Virus record (IMG/VR): IMGVR_UViG_3300025012_000053
Coordinates: 30,415 to 94,414 of that record
Length of the DNA: 64,000 nt
Strand: one strand, 5' to 3'
From: a virus
A model generated the notes under the pieces. The model was not told the origin of the DNA. It saw only the letters and a program-made list of their open reading frames with translations, and did not search any database. The number at the start of each line of letters is the position of its first letter. Positions within the stretch are counted from its first letter, which is position 1. Positions 9,337 through 20,532 of the stretch are shown in pieces. A program made the translations under genes and the position numbers.

Positions 9337-10644
9337 TTATACGCCTATTGAACTTGTCTGTGTAGTATAAGCCTGAAGTATATCAGAGATAGTATCAGGT
9401 GGTTCTCCATTGGAGAATCCTGTTTCAAGGGCAACAAGAAGTTGTTTCAGTCTCCTTGGCGCTCCACCAATACCTCCGGTAGTAACATCAGTATAATAAC
9501 TGACCGACATTTGATCATACATCTTTCCTGATGTAGCAAGGGCCCTGGCAGCTGTCCACATGAAGTCTCCGGCATAGGCATTACCATCATTACCAAGGAG
9601 TCCCCATTCCAGTTCAGCTATCTGTTCATAATTACCCTGCCCAAGAGTCATAGCAGTCGTATAGGTAATAGGTGTTGTTCCAAATGAACTTGATGTATCA
9701 AGCCCTATCAGAAATGATACTTTTGAGAATGGAGTTTTCCCAACAGAGAATGCCCTGGCAACACCAGAGAGTTTAATACCAAGATCAGCAGAAGCCATCT
9801 TGGCAGCGGTAAGAACCGTGCCTGCAGCCTTCCCTGCAGCTACTGCCGAGAAACTTTCTTCCTCAATAGGTCTGTCAACCTTGAACACGGTAGTTGAGGT
9901 AAGCTCCTCGACCCTGTATATACCATCAGTGACAAGACACCCGGTTACTGCCTGTGCATCAGAAAAACGAACATAATCACCTACAGCCAGGTCCACGTTG
10001 GTATTATAATCAGTATTAGTACCGCATGTTACATATTTTTCTCCTTTAACAAAGGTTACTGTTCCAGCAAAAGCAGCTGTAGCTGCATAAGCAACATCAG
10101 AAATAAGTTCAGCCTGGATAGGAACAACAGCCTGCCTGCGAAGAGTACGACTCAACTGCTGAACAAGACCAAGAGCAACCTCAAGTTGTGTAGCCGAAGC
10201 ATCACTCTTGTAAGCTGAATTGATTATCATTTGTTGTCCGATACCTGTATAATCCTGTTCTTTCAGAGAAAGTCTTACGACATACAGTTTGCTGTTTGCT
10301 ACTTCAATCTCACCTGAGGTACCATTATACCCGATATAGGATACCTGTTCTGCGGCTGCTACATCGACCTGTGTTTTGAACGCGAGGATATTGGCCTGTT
10401 TGATAAGATCACTCTGGATCAGATCGGTACCATTACGGAGAATGAGTTTAATTCCAGATTCTGCAACAATGTCATCAGTAAGCACTGATGTTGCGCTAAG
10501 AACCATGTTGTGGGCATTACATACGGCGATCTCACCATCAGTCAGTCCTGCATAGGTGGATATTACGCCGTTAATGGCAGTAGTTGGAGTTACTGCTCCA
10601 AGGTCCTTGCCGATAAACAGTTGCATTACATCATTTTGTGTCAT
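9337..10644 (-). CDS. crAss-like conserved structural protein (auxiliary capsid protein-like)
   Basis: EQVSYIGYNG...YVVRL and C-terminal GNYEQIAELEW..GNDG pattern; position downstream of MCP/ring genes. Confidence 0.55.
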   Translation of the reverse strand: MTQNDVMQLFIGKDLGAVTPTTAINGVISTYAGLTDGEIAVCNAHNMVLSATSVLTDDIVAESGIKLILRNGTDLIQSDLIKQANILAFKTQVDVAAAEQVSYIGYNGTSGEIEVANSKLYVVRLSLKEQDYTGIGQQMIINSAYKSDASATQLEVALGLVQQLSRTLRRQAVVPIQAELISDVAYAATAAFAGTVTFVKGEKYVTCGTNTDYNTNVDLAVGDYVRFSDAQAVTGCLVTDGIYRVEELTSTTVFKVDRPIEEESFSAVAAGKAAGTVLTAAKMASADLGIKLSGVARAFSVGKTPFSKVSFLIGLDTSSSFGTTPITYTTAMTLGQGNYEQIAELEWGLLGNDGNAYAGDFMWTAARALATSGKMYDQMSVSYYTDVTTGGIGGAPRRLKQLLVALETGFSNGEPPDTISDILQAYTTQTSSIGV

Positions 10645-10668
10645 GTCTTTGGAATTTAAAATTTATAA

Positions 10669-10926
10669 TTATAATAATTGGTTCTCAGAGTTCCATAAGA
10701 ATCCTTTGTACTTTGTACCATTCTTGATAGCTTTATTGATATTGGTTTTATCAAAACCTTTATCTATTGCTTCTTCCAATGATTCAAAGATCTCAACGAT
10801 CTCACCTGTCTTTGGATCTTTTGTAGCTATCTTTGTTTTTTCAACAACTGGTTCTTCAACTTCTATAGAGACTTCAGGGATATATCCCTTGGCTTTCTCC
10901 CTTGCAAGTATTGCCCTGTTTTTCAT
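10669..10926 (-). CDS. stand-alone NUMOD1-like HTH DNA-binding protein
   Basis: EIFESLEEA...NINKAIKNGTKYKGFLW. Confidence 0.6.
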   Translation of the reverse strand: MKNRAILAREKAKGYIPEVSIEVEEPVVEKTKIATKDPKTGEIVEIFESLEEAIDKGFDKTNINKAIKNGTKYKGFLWNSENQLL

Positions 10927-11603
10927 TCTGTTGCTTTTTTAGGTTCATTAATTTTACTTATCATGGCAAGAGCAATGACTATTGCCCTGTCAACAATCTC
11001 CTCATGAAGACTTTCATGTAACTGACAATCTGCACCTGTAATAATATTTATAGCTGAAGGTTTACTCAGATATCTTAAGTTGTAAGATGTAATAGTATTG
11101 TCACTTGCATGTATCAGTTCATGTTTCTTCGTTCCTGTAGCTCCATAGTCCATTCTCCAGACAAGATTCTTATATGGTTTGCCAAATGGATTCTTGACAT
11201 TTTTTGTATATTCATCATGACGGATTGGAAGTACTTCTACAGATCCTGTAGCGCTGTCATCATTACAGTCAGTATATCCTACAACACACATCTCCTGCAG
11301 GGAATAAAGAAAGTCTGAAGGAAGGTTAGCAAACTGACCTCCTGGATGAAGAGCTGCATCGGCTGTTACAAAATTTGTTATTACAGTATTCTTTATAAGA
11401 CTACCGAGTTCAAGTCTTGTCTTTTCATCCGCTTCAAAATACGATAGATTGCTTCCTGCTTTCTTTGAATACCTGTCATCTATAAGTTGATCCTGGGCAA
11501 GGTTAAGGAACACAGCAATATCAGTCGATGTATATACCTTATTCACCGTATTAAACTGATTAAGCTTCAGTTCAAAATGATATTGCATCTGTTCCGCGAT
11601 CAT
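10923..11603 (-). CDS. tail ring/adaptor protein (paralogue 3)
   Basis: IAVFLNLAQD...LRYLSKP...LHEEIVDRAI, shared with the two neighbouring paralogues. Confidence 0.65.
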   Translation of the reverse strand: MIAEQMQYHFELKLNQFNTVNKVYTSTDIAVFLNLAQDQLIDDRYSKKAGSNLSYFEADEKTRLELGSLIKNTVITNFVTADAALHPGGQFANLPSDFLYSLQEMCVVGYTDCNDDSATGSVEVLPIRHDEYTKNVKNPFGKPYKNLVWRMDYGATGTKKHELIHASDNTITSYNLRYLSKPSAINIITGADCQLHESLHEEIVDRAIVIALAMISKINEPKKATE

Positions 11604-12574
11604 TATAAATCAGGAACTATCGTTGTCGGTGCACCAAGTGAACTCCATGTTTTGACGACCCATTTAGTATTACTTACTTTTACAGCTTCAAAATAGGATG
11701 CAGTAGCATCACTGAGTTGTAATTCATTACCACCGGTTACTCCATTGATATATTTCGTTCCTGTCTGATCAGTAGGATGAACCCTTAATTCCCCGCCTGT
11801 ATTCAAAGGAGTACCACTTATCATGCCACCAGTAGCAAAGCTTGAAAGAAGAGGAAGGGAAACAATATGATCAGCATTTGTGAATGTGATCACGACATGT
11901 TGTTCTACAGCAGATATTATAGCTGCTCCTCCTCCGGTAGAATTCGCGGTAATGGCAGTAGTTGCACCTTTCTTACCATCTTTAATAAGAAGAGAATCAA
12001 TAGTAACACCAGATCCTGGTGTCTTTTCTGAAACAGTATCTGCCACTAAACCTGATATTGTAAATGTAGCACTATCAGTAGAAATATCCTGATCTCCTCC
12101 CATTGTAAGCGTGACTGCAGCATCAGTATCATTTTTTAATTTCATTAATCTGCTTGCAGTACCTTCACCCTCTACTTCAAAAGTCTGTTCATCAAGAGTT
12201 ATTGAAGAAGCCGCATCTTCTGCAGCTAAAGTAACACCAAATCCAGCGGTAACGGCAAAATCATCATTAATATCAACTGCTGCACCTGCAATAACATCTA
12301 ATGAGGCCGTTCCATTTGTTATATTAAAAGTGTTAGTTCCACCTGTAATAACAGTAGCTCCACCGTCTTTTAATTTAACACCATCAATGGTTACACCTGC
12401 ATCCGTTGTTTTTTCAGATATCGTATCTACAGTAAATGCTCCTGCTTCTGTAAGAACTGTCTTTAACAGAGCAATAAGATTATTCCAAAATCCAGATCTT
12501 ACAACAAATCCATTATCCGGATTACTGTTGAATTTACTGGCATTATCTCTACTAATCGACTCAAGGTTTGCCAT
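11603..12574 (-). CDS. putative head/tail fibre protein
   Basis: Thr/Gly-rich; internal repeat DTISEKTTDAGVTIDGVKLKDG / DTVSEKTPGSGVTIDSLLIKDG. Confidence 0.55.
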   Translation of the reverse strand: MANLESISRDNASKFNSNPDNGFVVRSGFWNNLIALLKTVLTEAGAFTVDTISEKTTDAGVTIDGVKLKDGGATVITGGTNTFNITNGTASLDVIAGAAVDINDDFAVTAGFGVTLAAEDAASSITLDEQTFEVEGEGTASRLMKLKNDTDAAVTLTMGGDQDISTDSATFTISGLVADTVSEKTPGSGVTIDSLLIKDGKKGATTAITANSTGGGAAIISAVEQHVVITFTNADHIVSLPLLSSFATGGMISGTPLNTGGELRVHPTDQTGTKYINGVTGGNELQLSDATASYFEAVKVSNTKWVVKTWSSLGAPTTIVPDL

Positions 12575-12579
12575 GACTT

Positions 12580-13464
12580 TTAGTTTTTAGTTATTAATTT
12601 TAATTTTGCTTCTTCAAGAAATAATGATACAGCCTGATCAAGAATACTATCATGAAGATATGCAGGAAAATCAGGAGTATCTGTTAATCCCCAGGGATAA
12701 CCAACAACGATCTGCTCATCATCATAAGTGATAGTATTATACCCCGCTACCTTTAGTACTTTATCTCCGGGTTTGAATGTAGTAGCAACCCCAACAGAAT
12801 TAACATATGTCATCCTTGCCTTTGCAAGAAAATAAGATCCATTGGTTATTGCACTTATACTTAGATTACCGGTACCAACGCCGGATAATTCAGTGTATAA
12901 AAAATCAAGTTTATATGGTTTTCTGAGGTAAGTCAATACTCCTGCAGTAAGAGATGTAGTATATGCATCCCCAATAAGCATAATATAATAAGGATCTTCC
13001 CATACAGATATAGGTTTTGGATACATGACCTTATCAGATGTATTGCTTATGACTCTCTGTGCCTGACGGCGTGACATCCATTCTGCAAACATACTCTGAT
13101 CAGTCATCGGATATATCTCTGTCCGGGTTACAGTACAAACAAGACTTATAGGAATAAGTATATCATCAGGCGTACGATATCTCTGGCCCCTGGTAGACCA
13201 GTTATATTCAGCAAGATCTTTAGCTGCTGTTAATGCCCCATTGGGGATAATAAGATTATGCAGTTCATCTATATTAAGATCTATGGCGCTTAGTCTTTGT
13301 TCATATGTCGGAAGTGCCAGGTATTTCTTTTCAAGATACCTGTCAATAGATCTGTTGAGGTAATTACATATAGTGAATGTATCAGGCCTTTGCTGAACCT
13401 CAAAAACAGGATTAGTATCCTGTATCTTCTGCTGGAACAATATTTGTAACTCCGTGAGATTCAT
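12580..13464 (-). CDS. tail ring/adaptor protein (paralogue 2, with insertion)
   Basis: ICNYLNRSID...LTYLRKP...LHDSILDQAV. Confidence 0.65.
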   Translation of the reverse strand: MNLTELQILFQQKIQDTNPVFEVQQRPDTFTICNYLNRSIDRYLEKKYLALPTYEQRLSAIDLNIDELHNLIIPNGALTAAKDLAEYNWSTRGQRYRTPDDILIPISLVCTVTRTEIYPMTDQSMFAEWMSRRQAQRVISNTSDKVMYPKPISVWEDPYYIMLIGDAYTTSLTAGVLTYLRKPYKLDFLYTELSGVGTGNLSISAITNGSYFLAKARMTYVNSVGVATTFKPGDKVLKVAGYNTITYDDEQIVVGYPWGLTDTPDFPAYLHDSILDQAVSLFLEEAKLKLITKN

Positions 13465-14132
13465 TAGTTCGATTTAATTTTTTCTTCCTGTACACTTGTC
13501 TGCCAGCGTGGATCCTGTATTGCCTGCAGTGCCTGTCTTACTGCCATATCAATGATCTCCTGATGTGTATGCGCGGGAAGATCACATGATCCTGATGAAG
13601 CAAGCGCCATGGGTGTCTTTATATAATTTAAAAGTAATGCCGTGTTTGTGGTAAATCTGTCTATTATCAGTTTTGCATATGTACCGGAAATAGACAGATA
13701 TGGTTTAATGAAATGAGTTTTGTTTGTTGTCGTGTTAATGAACTTTGATACATCTTCACTCTTTATAAAGTTACATTCAAATCCCTCTGATGCTAAAACA
13801 AGAGGATATGTTGACCTGGTACATGTAGCAAATGCCTTTATCGCGAACATAAAGTTTGCAGGTAATGTATATTGTCTTGCTCCATGACTGTCATTAGAGA
13901 CATATGTAAGAGCAAGGTTTGTTACAATGGTTCGGAGATCAGCAACCCGCCTCTGGTTATCTTCAAAGGCAGGTGGCTGAAAATTTTGTCCGAACATACG
14001 ATCTTTGATAAAATCATCCTGAGCATTATTAAGGAATACCAATATCTCTGCGGTCTGGTATCCCGGAGCCGAGAAACTGGTTATCCTGTCATAATACAAC
14101 AGGAAGGATTCTATCATCTGATCGACAGTCAT
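13464..14132 (-). CDS. tail ring/adaptor protein (paralogue 1)
   Basis: EILVFLNNAQD...LNYIKTP...THQEIIDMAV; typical crAss-like ring protein. Confidence 0.7.
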   Translation of the reverse strand: MTVDQMIESFLLYYDRITSFSAPGYQTAEILVFLNNAQDDFIKDRMFGQNFQPPAFEDNQRRVADLRTIVTNLALTYVSNDSHGARQYTLPANFMFAIKAFATCTRSTYPLVLASEGFECNFIKSEDVSKFINTTTNKTHFIKPYLSISGTYAKLIIDRFTTNTALLLNYIKTPMALASSGSCDLPAHTHQEIIDMAVRQALQAIQDPRWQTSVQEEKIKSN

Positions 14133-15094
14133 TATTCAACGTTTTCAATTTGATGTTTTAACTTCATACGTACATCCTGGTTCTTGGGATCATCAAGAAA
14201 GTCGATAAGATCTTCAATTGTTCCTATCGGATGATCAGACCCGGGAAGAGAATACAGATGCCTGTTACGCTGCAGGGAGCCATTAGCTATTGACTTTTGG
14301 ATCAACAGTTTTAAAGTATAGAAGTCATCATTGAGAATCGAAAGATAGGTCTTAAGATCATCTTCAATAATTTGTCCTATAGCTTTTCTTAACTGGTCAA
14401 GTGTAGCATTACGCGGTGGCTGCTTGGCATCTTTTTTAGTAAGATAGTAAACATACAGGAAGTCCTTCATCTTATCAAGGCTCGAATCCATCTTGCCAAA
14501 GAGAATATATGCATTCTTCTTCTCTTCCAGGTTGCTGACATCGTCCAAAAGCTCTTCTCCTTCTTCCACAAGCGCGAACTTGTACGTCCCACGATCAAAT
14601 CTCGAACTCCAGTTTGGAGCAATGCGATCTGTATCGGAACGGAGAACAAGAAAATTGATAAGATCTTCAATCCTGTCAAGATGAAGATGCAGTCCATTAC
14701 GATCAAGAGTAACTGTCTTTCCTCTCCAGAAACATTTTGGAGTATAAAGATTGAGTTTCTTTATATCTTCAAGACCAAGTTCTTCAGCAAGAAGAACAAC
14801 ATCCTCTTTAGTAAACTCCGGCATAGGATTGGCAAGTATGTTCCCTTTTAACACTGGTACTACAATACCTATCTTTGCTCCATCATTCATGAAAGAAGAA
14901 TCATGGTCGCTTGTCACCCATTGTCCTTTACGGCGAATAGGTCTTACGACATATCTCTTCTCTCGCAGATTCCTGACCTTTATTGAATAAGGTCTTTCCA
15001 TTTCAAGTACTTCATTTAGTACATCAGGCTCAGGAGCCAGCGTAGATTTTACGCCGGCTTTTCCTTTACCTGTATTGCCTCTTTTTGTTTCCAT
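14132..15094 (-). CDS. crAss-like conserved protein downstream of MCP
   Basis: Synteny directly after MCP; FW..K.V.L...G..L.L and final KNQDVRMKLKHQI pattern. Confidence 0.6.
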   Translation of the reverse strand: METKRGNTGKGKAGVKSTLAPEPDVLNEVLEMERPYSIKVRNLREKRYVVRPIRRKGQWVTSDHDSSFMNDGAKIGIVVPVLKGNILANPMPEFTKEDVVLLAEELGLEDIKKLNLYTPKCFWRGKTVTLDRNGLHLHLDRIEDLINFLVLRSDTDRIAPNWSSRFDRGTYKFALVEEGEELLDDVSNLEEKKNAYILFGKMDSSLDKMKDFLYVYYLTKKDAKQPPRNATLDQLRKAIGQIIEDDLKTYLSILNDDFYTLKLLIQKSIANGSLQRNRHLYSLPGSDHPIGTIEDLIDFLDDPKNQDVRMKLKHQIENVE

Positions 15095-15127
15095 GCTTTT
15101 AGTCTCCTAACTAATTTATAGATTCAG

Positions 15128-16612
15128 TTAATTCAATACGCTTGGTTTAATGGTAGCGCACCTGGTAGGATCGTTAACCAGACAACCGCCAACGAATGCA
15201 CGGTGGAATGTGTAGCCATCTTCAGGAGAAGACATGAATCTCCGTGGTCCCTGTGCCTGGAACGGATCTCTCAAACCGGGTTGATAACCCATGAAATCTT
15301 CCATTCCTTCATTATATACAGGACGGATATTATCCTCTCCACCGGTACGTCCAACATTAAGGATCTGGTATACATAACTCTGTGCAACACCTTTTCCGGA
15401 TGGATGCATGATCTTATTACGTTCCCTGTCATCAAATGTTGAATCAACCATGACACCAAGTTGTGTTCCATCAGGACCCCAGTATTCTACATAGTTCTCA
15501 TGATATCCCCAGCCATTACCGGATTTATATTTCTCATCTCCGGAATAGAAAGGTGTATAGAGAGTAGTATAGTTCTTGATTGCCTTATGGAAGTTATATG
15601 CTCCCCACTTACCGGTACGCATGATCACTTTTCTTGTCTGACCATAACCACCTTTAGTATCATCGGTAAGATCCATGATAGCTTCGGTAAGCCATTCGAT
15701 ATCAACATCAAAATCATTGTAATAAAGAACATTCGATGCTTCAATCTGCTGTTCGAGGCCGGCACCCTGTTCGATCTTGAACCCGCTGTAACCAATTTGC
15801 TTGAAAGTACCATCGTCTGCACGGTTGGTAGTTGCAAAGTTGATCAGCTTATCCTTCATATCCTGGAACTGTGTTTCAAATTCCCAGTCTGCATACTGAG
15901 TCCATGTAGTCATGATTTTCTCTTTGCCATTCGAATCCATTGCCTTCCATGAGAAAGCTACCGGCCTTGAGATCATATTACCTGGTCTGGTGTCCTGCAT
16001 CCTGATCATCGAGAAGGTGTTCTTCATCGAGAAAGGACTGGTATAGTTCGGGGTTCCACCTTTTATTGATAGTGTCTTTTCAACAATGGACCATTCTTTT
16101 GAAAACCTTTTTCCGGCTACGAGTTCATCGTAAGGAATATAGAGATCAGTGTCTCCTGTGAAAAGTTCGCATTCATAATCCCACATGGTCCCGTTTGGAA
16201 CCGGTATAGCTACAATCCTGATCGGGTATACAGAATTCTTTTCACCAACTATCAGGTTAGTGTCTGAGAAATACTGTTCCGGGAATGTAAGAGTAAACCT
16301 TGCACTGCTACGGCCAACCTGTGAGGTTGCAGAAATAGCACTGCCATTTACTGTACAAGCAATCAAAGGCACGTTCTTTTTTGAAGAACCCTGTAGCCTC
16401 CAACGAAAATCGTCATCTGTCTTTAAGGTCAGAGGACTGAATTTCTGAAGAACAAGACCGAAGTTTGTTCCCCTGTTGGCGCGATACAGCATGTTGATCA
16501 TCTGGCTCGTGTCCTGTGGTTTGTTTTGATAGATCGCACCCAAGTGGTTTTTGGTTGTTAAACCAGACCAGTCTTTGGGTTCATACTCCTGAAGTGGTGA
16601 TACTCGTTGCAT
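15128..16612 (-). CDS. major capsid protein (crAss-like HK97 fold)
   Basis: 494 aa; WSGLTTKNHLG start, DDDFRWRLQG, GAGLEQQI, GLRDPF, DPTR end; downstream of portal and scaffold. Confidence 0.85.
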   Translation of the reverse strand: MQRVSPLQEYEPKDWSGLTTKNHLGAIYQNKPQDTSQMINMLYRANRGTNFGLVLQKFSPLTLKTDDDFRWRLQGSSKKNVPLIACTVNGSAISATSQVGRSSARFTLTFPEQYFSDTNLIVGEKNSVYPIRIVAIPVPNGTMWDYECELFTGDTDLYIPYDELVAGKRFSKEWSIVEKTLSIKGGTPNYTSPFSMKNTFSMIRMQDTRPGNMISRPVAFSWKAMDSNGKEKIMTTWTQYADWEFETQFQDMKDKLINFATTNRADDGTFKQIGYSGFKIEQGAGLEQQIEASNVLYYNDFDVDIEWLTEAIMDLTDDTKGGYGQTRKVIMRTGKWGAYNFHKAIKNYTTLYTPFYSGDEKYKSGNGWGYHENYVEYWGPDGTQLGVMVDSTFDDRERNKIMHPSGKGVAQSYVYQILNVGRTGGEDNIRPVYNEGMEDFMGYQPGLRDPFQAQGPRRFMSSPEDGYTFHRAFVGGCLVNDPTRCATIKPSVLN

Positions 16613-16637
16613 TTTTATTTAATTTAGAACGATTAAG

Positions 16638-17939
16638 TTACATGTTAATAAACTGTTGTGGAAATTGAAAGTCATCCTTTTCCTCTTTTTCTCCTTTACC
16701 CTTATTTACTTCAGAGCCTGGCTTCCCTACAGTTCTTCTCTCTCCATTGAGGATACTTCCAAGACGTTTTGTAGCTGAAGTCTCAACTTTTTTAGTAAAG
16801 ACATCGAATGCCCCGTCTTTAATCTTGTCATCAAAGAATCCATTTTTGATAAAGTAAGCCAGGCGCAGTTCAAAAGCAAGAGGGTTCTTTGCTCTTTGGG
16901 CCATTGCAGCACTCATGGGGATCTTCTCTCCTTGTTTATTAGTAAAATAAACAGGAACAGTAAGTGACTTGATGAGTTCTTTCTTTTCTTCTTCTGTTAC
17001 TTCAATTCCAGGGATGATCTCTTTGGTTGCTTTTACTGCAGACTGAACAGCCTCTTTTGTCTTTCTGATGGATTCATCTTTTGCAGTCTTTTGTCTTTCT
17101 GCCTGAATCCTCATCTCTTTTCTCTCTTCTTCGATGGTACTCTGGATCTCTCCAAGTCCTTCTGTAGCTTCCTCGAGAAGATCTTCCTTTTCTTTAGCTA
17201 TAGCTACCATCTTGTTGATTTTTGCTTCAGAGAATCCCTTTAATGTCAAAAGGTCCTTGTAGACCTGTTCCTGAAGTTTCTCATCTTCTGCAAGGGATTT
17301 CTTTGTAATGGATCCGTATCTTTCTTCAAGGCTATAATTATCAGCCAGTGATTCAAATGGAATTCCCTTTTCAAGATCGGCAATAAACTTAACAGCTTTA
17401 TCACCTATTGTAGATTTGTATTCTTCTACACCTTCCTGAATAGACTCATCGATTTGTGTCTGTATGTGCTCATTAAGTTTTATGATTGCCGCTACAGGTT
17501 CCAGACCATCAAGGCTTTTTAAATCAAAGTTTGGGAGTACGCCGTGTTCCAGAAGAGCCGCAGCATGGAGATAGACAGGAGATTCGTTCCCTTCATCTGG
17601 CGCACCCCCGCCCTTTTTGTCTTTCCCTGGTTTAACTGTGTCCTTCTTATTGTCATCATCATCAGGATTTTCATTATCCTGTACGTCTACGATTAATGTA
17701 TCGTCTTTAGCTTTCTTCCCGGGTTCGGATTTATCCTTCACGGGTTTTTGACCTTTACCTGGTGCTCCACCACCTGGTTGCCCTTTTATCTTTTCATCGT
17801 CACCTGGTTCATCCCCGACACTTAATTCATCGTCAAGTTCATCTGTTACAGGTTGATCGACATCAAGAAGAGCACTCTCAAAACCGGATATATCCATGTT
17901 CTGAAAGAGATCGTCATTGTCATTTTGCTGCTTTCCCAT
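16638..17939 (-). CDS. scaffolding-like protein
   Basis: Acidic disordered N-terminus, coiled-coil C-half; located between portal and MCP. Confidence 0.65.
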   Translation of the reverse strand: MGKQQNDNDDLFQNMDISGFESALLDVDQPVTDELDDELSVGDEPGDDEKIKGQPGGGAPGKGQKPVKDKSEPGKKAKDDTLIVDVQDNENPDDDDNKKDTVKPGKDKKGGGAPDEGNESPVYLHAAALLEHGVLPNFDLKSLDGLEPVAAIIKLNEHIQTQIDESIQEGVEEYKSTIGDKAVKFIADLEKGIPFESLADNYSLEERYGSITKKSLAEDEKLQEQVYKDLLTLKGFSEAKINKMVAIAKEKEDLLEEATEGLGEIQSTIEEERKEMRIQAERQKTAKDESIRKTKEAVQSAVKATKEIIPGIEVTEEEKKELIKSLTVPVYFTNKQGEKIPMSAAMAQRAKNPLAFELRLAYFIKNGFFDDKIKDGAFDVFTKKVETSATKRLGSILNGERRTVGKPGSEVNKGKGEKEEKDDFQFPQQFINM

Positions 17940-18067
17940 TTAAAATTCTCCTTTAAATTAATACAAGTTTAGAAATTAGATTAATACCAGACAAGAGTAT
18001 CACCATACACGAGTCTTTTTAAAAAAATACTTCTATAGATAAAAACTATAAAATTAAATTTTATAAA

Positions 18068-20521
18068 TTATTTTTTTATAGTTGCAGGTTTTGGTCTTGA
18101 TCTCGCGATTTTCTCAGCACTCTGAACCTGCATTCGCACGATATTTCTTTGTTCTTTAAGTTTCTCATTGAACTGTCGGATCTTCTCTTTCATCTCTTCT
18201 TTACGCTGCGCGAGCTGCAGGCGAAGCTTTTCAAGTTCAAACTCGCGTTTTTCTGATTCATCATCCGTGATCTTACCGAGATCCTTATCTTCTCCAAGCT
18301 TAGCGTATTCAACTTCTATCTGCATCTCTTTCATGTAGATCTCAGCATCAAGCCGGTTATTCTCAATTCTTTCTGCCTGTTCAAGTTTCATGAGTTCAAG
18401 TTCATTCAATGCCTGTTGAATTCTTTCCTGGCTTTCAAGTTGTTCTTTACGTACATCATCTTCTCTTTGATTGCGTTGTTCTTCACTATCTTCAAGTTTA
18501 CGGATCATACCAGCGACACTTGTATCACGATATATTGTAAATAGATCTTTAAATGTAGCCTTGTCATTCTGAAGAGCTGCAAGAGATAATTGTTTTATCG
18601 CTGCTATGAGTTCTGCATCATTCTGTCCATCGGATATATAATAGCCATAATCCGTTTCAGCAAACTTCCTTCCGTCAACTTCAAAGAGATGTGTTATCAT
18701 ACCATCATCAACATACTGAAGTTTTTTAATATTCTCTCCTGTTGCATTCTTCCATGCATACTTGGCTGTCTCAAGAAGACATTCAAGTACACGAAGTTTT
18801 GTATTATCGTGTACCCTAAACCATTCTTCAGTAATATGTGAGCTCTGGGTAACGGATCTTTCTACTCCTCCATATGTTTCCCTGTTATCAATCTGTCCTT
18901 CGCGTTGAGGAGTAATACCGGCTACTTCACCAAGTTCATTTTTTACATATTGTGCCAGTTTAAGATTAGCAAGAATAACTTCTGAACTATTGAGATTAAG
19001 AACATTGGAATTCCTTTGTTTTATCGTAGACAACAATTTACCCTGGGCAATACCTTTTTTACCTTCCTTGAACGAATCAGTGACCATGTATCCATTGGCC
19101 TCTGCATACATCATTACAAGTTCCTCATCCCATCCATCAGGAATCTCTGCCAGGTCCAGTTCTGCAATAACTCCTTTATTACGTGCCGATGCAAGTTCCG
19201 TCCTGCGCATGTATACATTATAAAGGTATTTATATGGTTTAACACGGTCCATAAGCGATACACCTGTGCCTCCACCTATCGAATATATTGTTCCTATATA
19301 TGGCGGAAGACATATTGACGGATTGGAAAACTTACTTCCTATCCTGGGAAGAGACTCAATACGCTTATACATATCAACTCCTATCTTATGCCCCTGCCAC
19401 CATTCATTTATCCATCTCCAATCGATCTTCCAGCCAAGATTCTTAAACTGATCGATAGGGAAGTTCTCATCAACGATAGTCTCCTGTTCATCTCCTTTAG
19501 GATCATAATATGTCAATCTCCCTATCTTACGTCTGCTCTTCCATACAATCTTCGCAACGAAGATATTTCCTTCTGAATCAAACTGTCCACCAAAGTTACG
19601 GGCATCAGGACCATCAACAGTAATAAGTTGTGTGGCACCAAGACCACGAACATTAGGTTCATCTCTGTCAACGGGTCCACTGAATACTATGTTTGATGCA
19701 AATCTATTTTCCCGGGCTCCTATTTCCAAGGTGTCAATCTCATCAGAAGTAAGGACATCCCAATAATCATCAATAACCTTCCCGATAGGAACATAACCGC
19801 TGTCAATGATTATCTCTGAATCCTCTATCTTATAACTATCTCCTCCTCCAAATGTTGATATATTAAGTACATTCCGTTTACTGACAACCGGTTCTCCATG
19901 CAGTATTGGCACCTCATATATTTCCTCGGCACCAACAAGAACATCATAAAAAGCATCTGAGAATATGTTCTTAAGCTTTTGAGTGTACCAGAAATAATCA
20001 AGGATCCGTTGGCCCATCACTTCACCGTAATCCTGGTATTCATAATTATGATAATGTTGTAATTGTTTTAACCTTCGGGCAACCTGTTCCTCATTATATC
20101 CACCACTGGTTATCTCCTGGGAAATAAGACCAAAGACCTGTTCCCTCATCATGAACTCTTTCTCACTGACAACATCCGGGTTAACACTTCGTAATCGCCA
20201 TTCAAACCTGCGCTTCCCCTCTTCTCCTTTTAGTACATTGAACTTTGTCAGTTCGATAGGATAGTTCTGGATCTTTGCAGGAAAGTTAACTCCTTTTATT
20301 CCCATAGGATTAAATGCCTTCTCTATGTCACTCTCATCAATGATCCCATTTATAAGATCATAGTTGATCTGTTTTGCAACCCGGGATTTACGAATCTTAC
20401 TTGTATCGCCATTGGTTATTGTCAGGCCAGCCTCAATACATTCCTTACCCCATTCTTCTGTTTTTTCACGAAGTAGTTTTTTCTGAGAAGGAAATTGGTA
20501 AATAGTCATTGTAGTTGCCAT
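18068..20521 (-). CDS. portal protein
   Basis: 817 aa; FPAKIQNYPI, WINEWWQG, SLMDRVKPY, AGITPQREGQI, ERSVTQSS motifs; C-terminal coiled coil; next to TerL. Confidence 0.85.
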   Translation of the reverse strand: MATTMTIYQFPSQKKLLREKTEEWGKECIEAGLTITNGDTSKIRKSRVAKQINYDLINGIIDESDIEKAFNPMGIKGVNFPAKIQNYPIELTKFNVLKGEEGKRRFEWRLRSVNPDVVSEKEFMMREQVFGLISQEITSGGYNEEQVARRLKQLQHYHNYEYQDYGEVMGQRILDYFWYTQKLKNIFSDAFYDVLVGAEEIYEVPILHGEPVVSKRNVLNISTFGGGDSYKIEDSEIIIDSGYVPIGKVIDDYWDVLTSDEIDTLEIGARENRFASNIVFSGPVDRDEPNVRGLGATQLITVDGPDARNFGGQFDSEGNIFVAKIVWKSRRKIGRLTYYDPKGDEQETIVDENFPIDQFKNLGWKIDWRWINEWWQGHKIGVDMYKRIESLPRIGSKFSNPSICLPPYIGTIYSIGGGTGVSLMDRVKPYKYLYNVYMRRTELASARNKGVIAELDLAEIPDGWDEELVMMYAEANGYMVTDSFKEGKKGIAQGKLLSTIKQRNSNVLNLNSSEVILANLKLAQYVKNELGEVAGITPQREGQIDNRETYGGVERSVTQSSHITEEWFRVHDNTKLRVLECLLETAKYAWKNATGENIKKLQYVDDGMITHLFEVDGRKFAETDYGYYISDGQNDAELIAAIKQLSLAALQNDKATFKDLFTIYRDTSVAGMIRKLEDSEEQRNQREDDVRKEQLESQERIQQALNELELMKLEQAERIENNRLDAEIYMKEMQIEVEYAKLGEDKDLGKITDDESEKREFELEKLRLQLAQRKEEMKEKIRQFNEKLKEQRNIVRMQVQSAEKIARSRPKPATIKK

Positions 20522-20532
20522 TGCAGTATGGT